This document shows, piece after piece, positions 60,616 through 64,000 of a stretch of DNA of 64,000 nucleotides; position 1 is the stretch's first letter, and every line of letters starts with the position of its first letter. Source of the stretch: Tubiluchus corallicola (lineage: Eukaryota > Animalia > Priapulida); NCBI GenBank assembly GCA_030141605.1, contig JAQGDQ010002407.1, positions 7,769 through 71,768 of the forward strand. Reading direction: 5' to 3'. Under the pieces are notes generated by a model. That model worked only from the letters and a program-made list of their open reading frames with translations, was not told where the DNA came from and did not search any database. A program made the translations under genes and the position numbers.

Positions 60616-62295
60616 CTACCTTGCTCTCCTGTTTCTGCCACCTTTTCTTTGCTGCCCCGGCTTCCTTTTAAACTTATTTGCCTTAGTGATTATATCTGCG
60701 GCGATAGGGATGCCGTTAAATGTAAAATTCTTACAGTTCTTCCGGAACGCATCTGCCTGTCCGGATTCAATACTTACGATAGAGTGCCTCCCCCTAAGCT
60801 CAATGCGCCCTACATCAACGCTCTTGTTACCTGTAGCCTGCACTACAAGTGATATTATATCTTTGGGCTTAATCCCCTTTGCCATTCCAATGTTTAGCCT
60901 TAAAGATGTCATATTTGCATCACTGCCTTTTGCCCTGTCGCTGCCCCTTGCTTTCCGGCCACTAGTATCAACAGCATTCAGGTCAGGTGCATCCTGATAG
61001 TAATGCAGAAAGCGGTTAAACTCCAATGAGACAAAATGTGTTATCAACTCCTCTCGGGACAACTTTTCCAGCTTGTCAAACACCACCTGCATAAATGGAG
61101 CTATCTGCTCCCTATTTACTTCAACTTTTTGTAGTCTGTCGATAAGGTGTAGGAGCTGCTTCTTACATATCTCTTTCCCCCCTGGAACGGGTAGCCTCTC
61201 AATCTTTTTGCCCAGTGCCCTTTCAATCTGGCTGATTTTTCCCTTCTCCCTCATGTGAATAATAGATATCGACACTCCTGACTTTCCAGCCCTTCCGGTA
61301 CGACCGGTACGATGGGTATAATTCTCATTATCCTCCGGCAAGTTATAATTGATAACGTGAGTAAGGTCGTTTACATCAATCCCCCTTGCCGCAACATCAG
61401 TAGCAACAAGTATTTTAACTCCCCTGGCTCGGAACTTCCCCATCACATAATCGCGCTGCTGCTGCATAAGGTCTCCATGCAACGCTTCCGCACTGTAGCC
61501 ATCTTTTATAAGCTGGGCAGCAATACTCTTTGTATCCATCCTGGTACGGCAAAACACTATACCATAAATATCGGGAGTAAAGTCCATCACACGTTTTAAT
61601 GCAGCATATCTGTCTTTTGCCTGCACCATATGGTAGTAGTGGTTAACATTTTCTGCTCCGTGGTTCTTTTTCCCAACTGTGATCTCAATGGGATTGCTCA
61701 TGTAGCTCTTTGCTATCTCTGACACCCCTTTGGGCATTGTTGCCGAAAAGAGGAGTGTATTTTTGCTTTCAGGAGTGGTAGCAAGTATAGCATCAACATC
61801 CTCCTTAAACCCCATGTTCAGCATTTCATCGGCTTCATCAAGAACCAGTGTTGAGATCCCGGAGAGATCAATCTTTTTTCTTCTCAAAATGTCGTGCATG
61901 CGTCCGGGAGTAGCCGTAATTATATGGGTACCTTTCTCCAGCGCTTTGAGCTGCTTCCCAATATCGGCACCCCCGTAGACAGGTGTAATGACTATTTTTG
62001 GAAGATGCTTTGAAAAGTTTTTTATCTCTTTTGCAATCTGGACACACAGCTCGCGTGTCGGGCTGAGGATAAGTGCTTGCACCTCCTTCTTATGGGGGTC
62101 AATAGATTGCAGTACAGGCAGTCCAAATGCTGCCGTTTTTCCTGTCCCTGTTTGTGCTAGCCCCACCAAGTCGGCAGGCTCTTCCAAAAGTCGGGGAATC
62201 ACTTTTTCTTGAATAGCCGACGGCTGTTCAAATCCCATCTCCTGGATGGCTTTTAATATATCGGGATAAAGCCCCATATCATCAAATCTCATCAT
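60616..62295 (-). CDS. deaD: DEAD-box RNA helicase (mirror copy)
   Basis: Identical to 4996-6675. Confidence 0.93.
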   Translation of the reverse strand: MMRFDDMGLYPDILKAIQEMGFEQPSAIQEKVIPRLLEEPADLVGLAQTGTGKTAAFGLPVLQSIDPHKKEVQALILSPTRELCVQIAKEIKNFSKHLPKIVITPVYGGADIGKQLKALEKGTHIITATPGRMHDILRRKKIDLSGISTLVLDEADEMLNMGFKEDVDAILATTPESKNTLLFSATMPKGVSEIAKSYMSNPIEITVGKKNHGAENVNHYYHMVQAKDRYAALKRVMDFTPDIYGIVFCRTRMDTKSIAAQLIKDGYSAEALHGDLMQQQRDYVMGKFRARGVKILVATDVAARGIDVNDLTHVINYNLPEDNENYTHRTGRTGRAGKSGVSISIIHMREKGKISQIERALGKKIERLPVPGGKEICKKQLLHLIDRLQKVEVNREQIAPFMQVVFDKLEKLSREELITHFVSLEFNRFLHYYQDAPDLNAVDTSGRKARGSDRAKGSDANMTSLRLNIGMAKGIKPKDIISLVVQATGNKSVDVGRIELRGRHSIVSIESGQADAFRKNCKNFTFNGIPIAADIITKANKFKRKPGQQRKGGRNRRAR

Positions 62296-62368
62296 ATCAT
62301 TGTTTTTACACAGCTTTCCCCTTCTGTATTGTAGTGAGCAGGCGTATTGCTGTAGTGGGTTGTGTTTT

Positions 62369-62507
62369 GGAGCCTTTGCAAAAACTCATCTTTTACTAAT
62401 ACTTCCCAAAACTCTCTTCAAAAGTCTTTACTTAACATTAGTAAACTGCGATTCTCACCGAATTGCTTCTCAGCCAGAACCAAAATCTTTCACCTTGCAA
62501 AGGCTTC
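62369..62507 (-). mobile_element. MITE-like repeat (mirror of 4784-4922)
   Basis: Mirror copy. Confidence 0.75.
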
Positions 62508-62689
62508 AATCTATTAGTTTAAGGCAGCTTTGCTACCGTTAACTTTTTCAAAATGTGGCGCAAGGTACAAAATTTGAGCAATGAAATACGAATTTTGGGC
62601 AGTTTTATTTTTGAAGTGGATGTTGTCAGGTGTTTCAAACAGGTGATAAGCTTTATACAGAACCGGTAGTACAAATGCTTTACTTGGGG

Positions 62690-64000
62690 CTACACTGTCT
62701 CCACCTGCTCATCAAGTGCCTGCTCAATCAGCTCCATTATATAGTCCAGCCCGGCAGGCTCTTCTAGTTCCACCTCAACACTGCCGTTGCCCCAATTGCC
62801 TGCTTCCGATATATCCCTGCAGATGCCCTTAGGATCCTTTACCTTATCAAAATCTATATGCAAAGCAAGACTTAGCCGCTCTCTTTTGGGGATCACATCT
62901 ACAAAGCTGGTTTGGATCTTAAATGTGATATATAGTTTTTTAAGCTCCATCTTGACTGCTGCATCGAGGTTCAAAACCCTTTTTGAAAGGCTTTTATAAA
63001 GGTCAAGCATCTCCCCCCGCAGATGTTCATAATGGCCGGGACTATAAACTACTGCTTTTTTTGCCTTTCCCCGCTTCTTATAGAGATTAAATCTGTCATG
63101 TGGAAGGTATGGCCTTTTCCATATGCTGCAAGCCGATTTGCTCAGTTTGGCGGCTCTCAACAGGATTGCTTTCTCATTCCACACCTGAACATCTTTTACT
63201 GTTTGATTAAGATATAGCGGGCTGGCATTGAATCCTCCCTCTACTGTTTTTTTCTCTTCGAACGAGCTAACTGAGAACTCGGAACTGTAGTTTGTAAGCG
63301 AAAGGTTCCCCAGAGTATGAAGATATCTCTCCTTTACTATTTCCAGGCTTTCTCCAAGCTCTTGTTGCCATCGGGGAGAGATATTCGGATTTTGTGGCAG
63401 GATATGCTCTATAGTGTAGTTCTCTACGCTTATTGACTCTTTACTATTTTGATTTTCAAGCGATTCTAACAGATAATTCCTCAACCTGAAATTGTAAACA
63501 TCTTTTATTTGCAGTTCCCTGATAAACTCCGCATCAGAAGGGAACCTTTCGTAGCCCTCCATTATCAGAAACAGCGCTTTGAGAGATTCCGGGAGTACCC
63601 CTCCCCCGGATCGTTTATAAAGCGTGGTGAAAGTTTTTCCCAGGCTGTTGGAGGAAATGCCGCATATGACCCTTCTAAACAGGTAGCTGGAGAGCATATC
63701 AATAATTTCGATAAACTCATTTTTTGTAATTTTCCCTTCCTCATAGTCATTGTAGACAGCAAGGAGGAATGGGTATGAGGAGTATATTCTCAGCTTGGCA
63801 ATCTCTTTTAGTTTTTTCAATATATCTAAATTCTTTTCCTTTAACAGTGCGATCCGGGTATAATACTTAGAGTACTTGTAAAGATCCCTGAGCGCTTCCC
63901 CTATTGTACTAAAACTACTCCAAATGCTGAAAAATCGTTTATAGGTTTCATAAACAAGGCCCTCCTTGGGGACTGAGGAGTGTTTCATTGTCAGGTAGTC
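62690..64000 (-). CDS. GmrSD-like protein (mirror copy; 5' part outside window)
   Basis: Identical to the 3' part of 2523-4601. Confidence 0.85.
   Translation of the reverse strand, partial: DYLTMKHSSVPKEGLVYETYKRFFSIWSSFSTIGEALRDLYKYSKYYTRIALLKEKNLDILKKLKEIAKLRIYSSYPFLLAVYNDYEEGKITKNEFIEIIDMLSSYLFRRVICGISSNSLGKTFTTLYKRSGGGVLPESLKALFLIMEGYERFPSDAEFIRELQIKDVYNFRLRNYLLESLENQNSKESISVENYTIEHILPQNPNISPRWQQELGESLEIVKERYLHTLGNLSLTNYSSEFSVSSFEEKKTVEGGFNASPLYLNQTVKDVQVWNEKAILLRAAKLSKSACSIWKRPYLPHDRFNLYKKRGKAKKAVVYSPGHYEHLRGEMLDLYKSLSKRVLNLDAAVKMELKKLYITFKIQTSFVDVIPKRERLSLALHIDFDKVKDPKGICRDISEAGNWGNGSVEVELEEPAGLDYIMELIEQALDEQVETV

Larger units (their letters stand above)
34599..64000. repeat. Right arm of giant inverted repeat (runs off window)
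   Basis: Starts at CATAGCCTTGTTTGG (34599), the reverse complement of 32654-32668, and continues to the window end, which mirrors 3291. Confidence 0.98.

Noticed and set aside
1-64000. CRISPR array, rRNA, tRNA, transposase, reverse transcriptase or phage genes
   Set aside because: No regularly spaced short repeats and no recognisable RNA-gene or protein motifs for these by eye; a scan would be needed to exclude small RNAs.
35586-64000. Right-arm genes as independent paralogs
   Set aside because: They are sequence-identical mirror copies in exact reverse order, i.e. one duplication event or artefact.

Overview
AT-rich Bacteroidota DNA; gene content suggests an anaerobic Bacteroidales/Marinilabiliales-like organism (inference). 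Almost the whole window is one giant inverted repeat: 3291-32668 is the reverse complement of 34599-64000 around a unique 1930-bp spacer (32669-34598). The right-hand junction cuts a PEGA-domain gene and leaves a headless second copy of a GLUG lipoprotein. The only arm difference I found is one in-frame 24-bp repeat unit in a LysM gene. This looks like a fold-back inversion, either an MDA/assembly chimera or a real inverted duplication. The genes are mostly housekeeping (deaD, nfnAB/gltA-like, rocD, ygiQ, ftnA, icd, DAHP synthase-chorismate mutase, tyrA), plus surface proteins, a sensor kinase and a GmrSD-like gene with altered motifs. A 6-repeat lipoprotein at <1-1798 is missed by the ORF track. 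The main hidden signal is a diverged family of ~120-140-bp repeats with CCTTTGCAA...TTGCAAAGG termini. It occupies about 12 intergenic loci per arm, always co-oriented with and upstream of the next gene, and it often supplies an ATG that opens a short upstream ORF. It is a candidate domesticated MITE or cis-regulatory leader system. No rRNA, tRNA, CRISPR array or transposase was seen.
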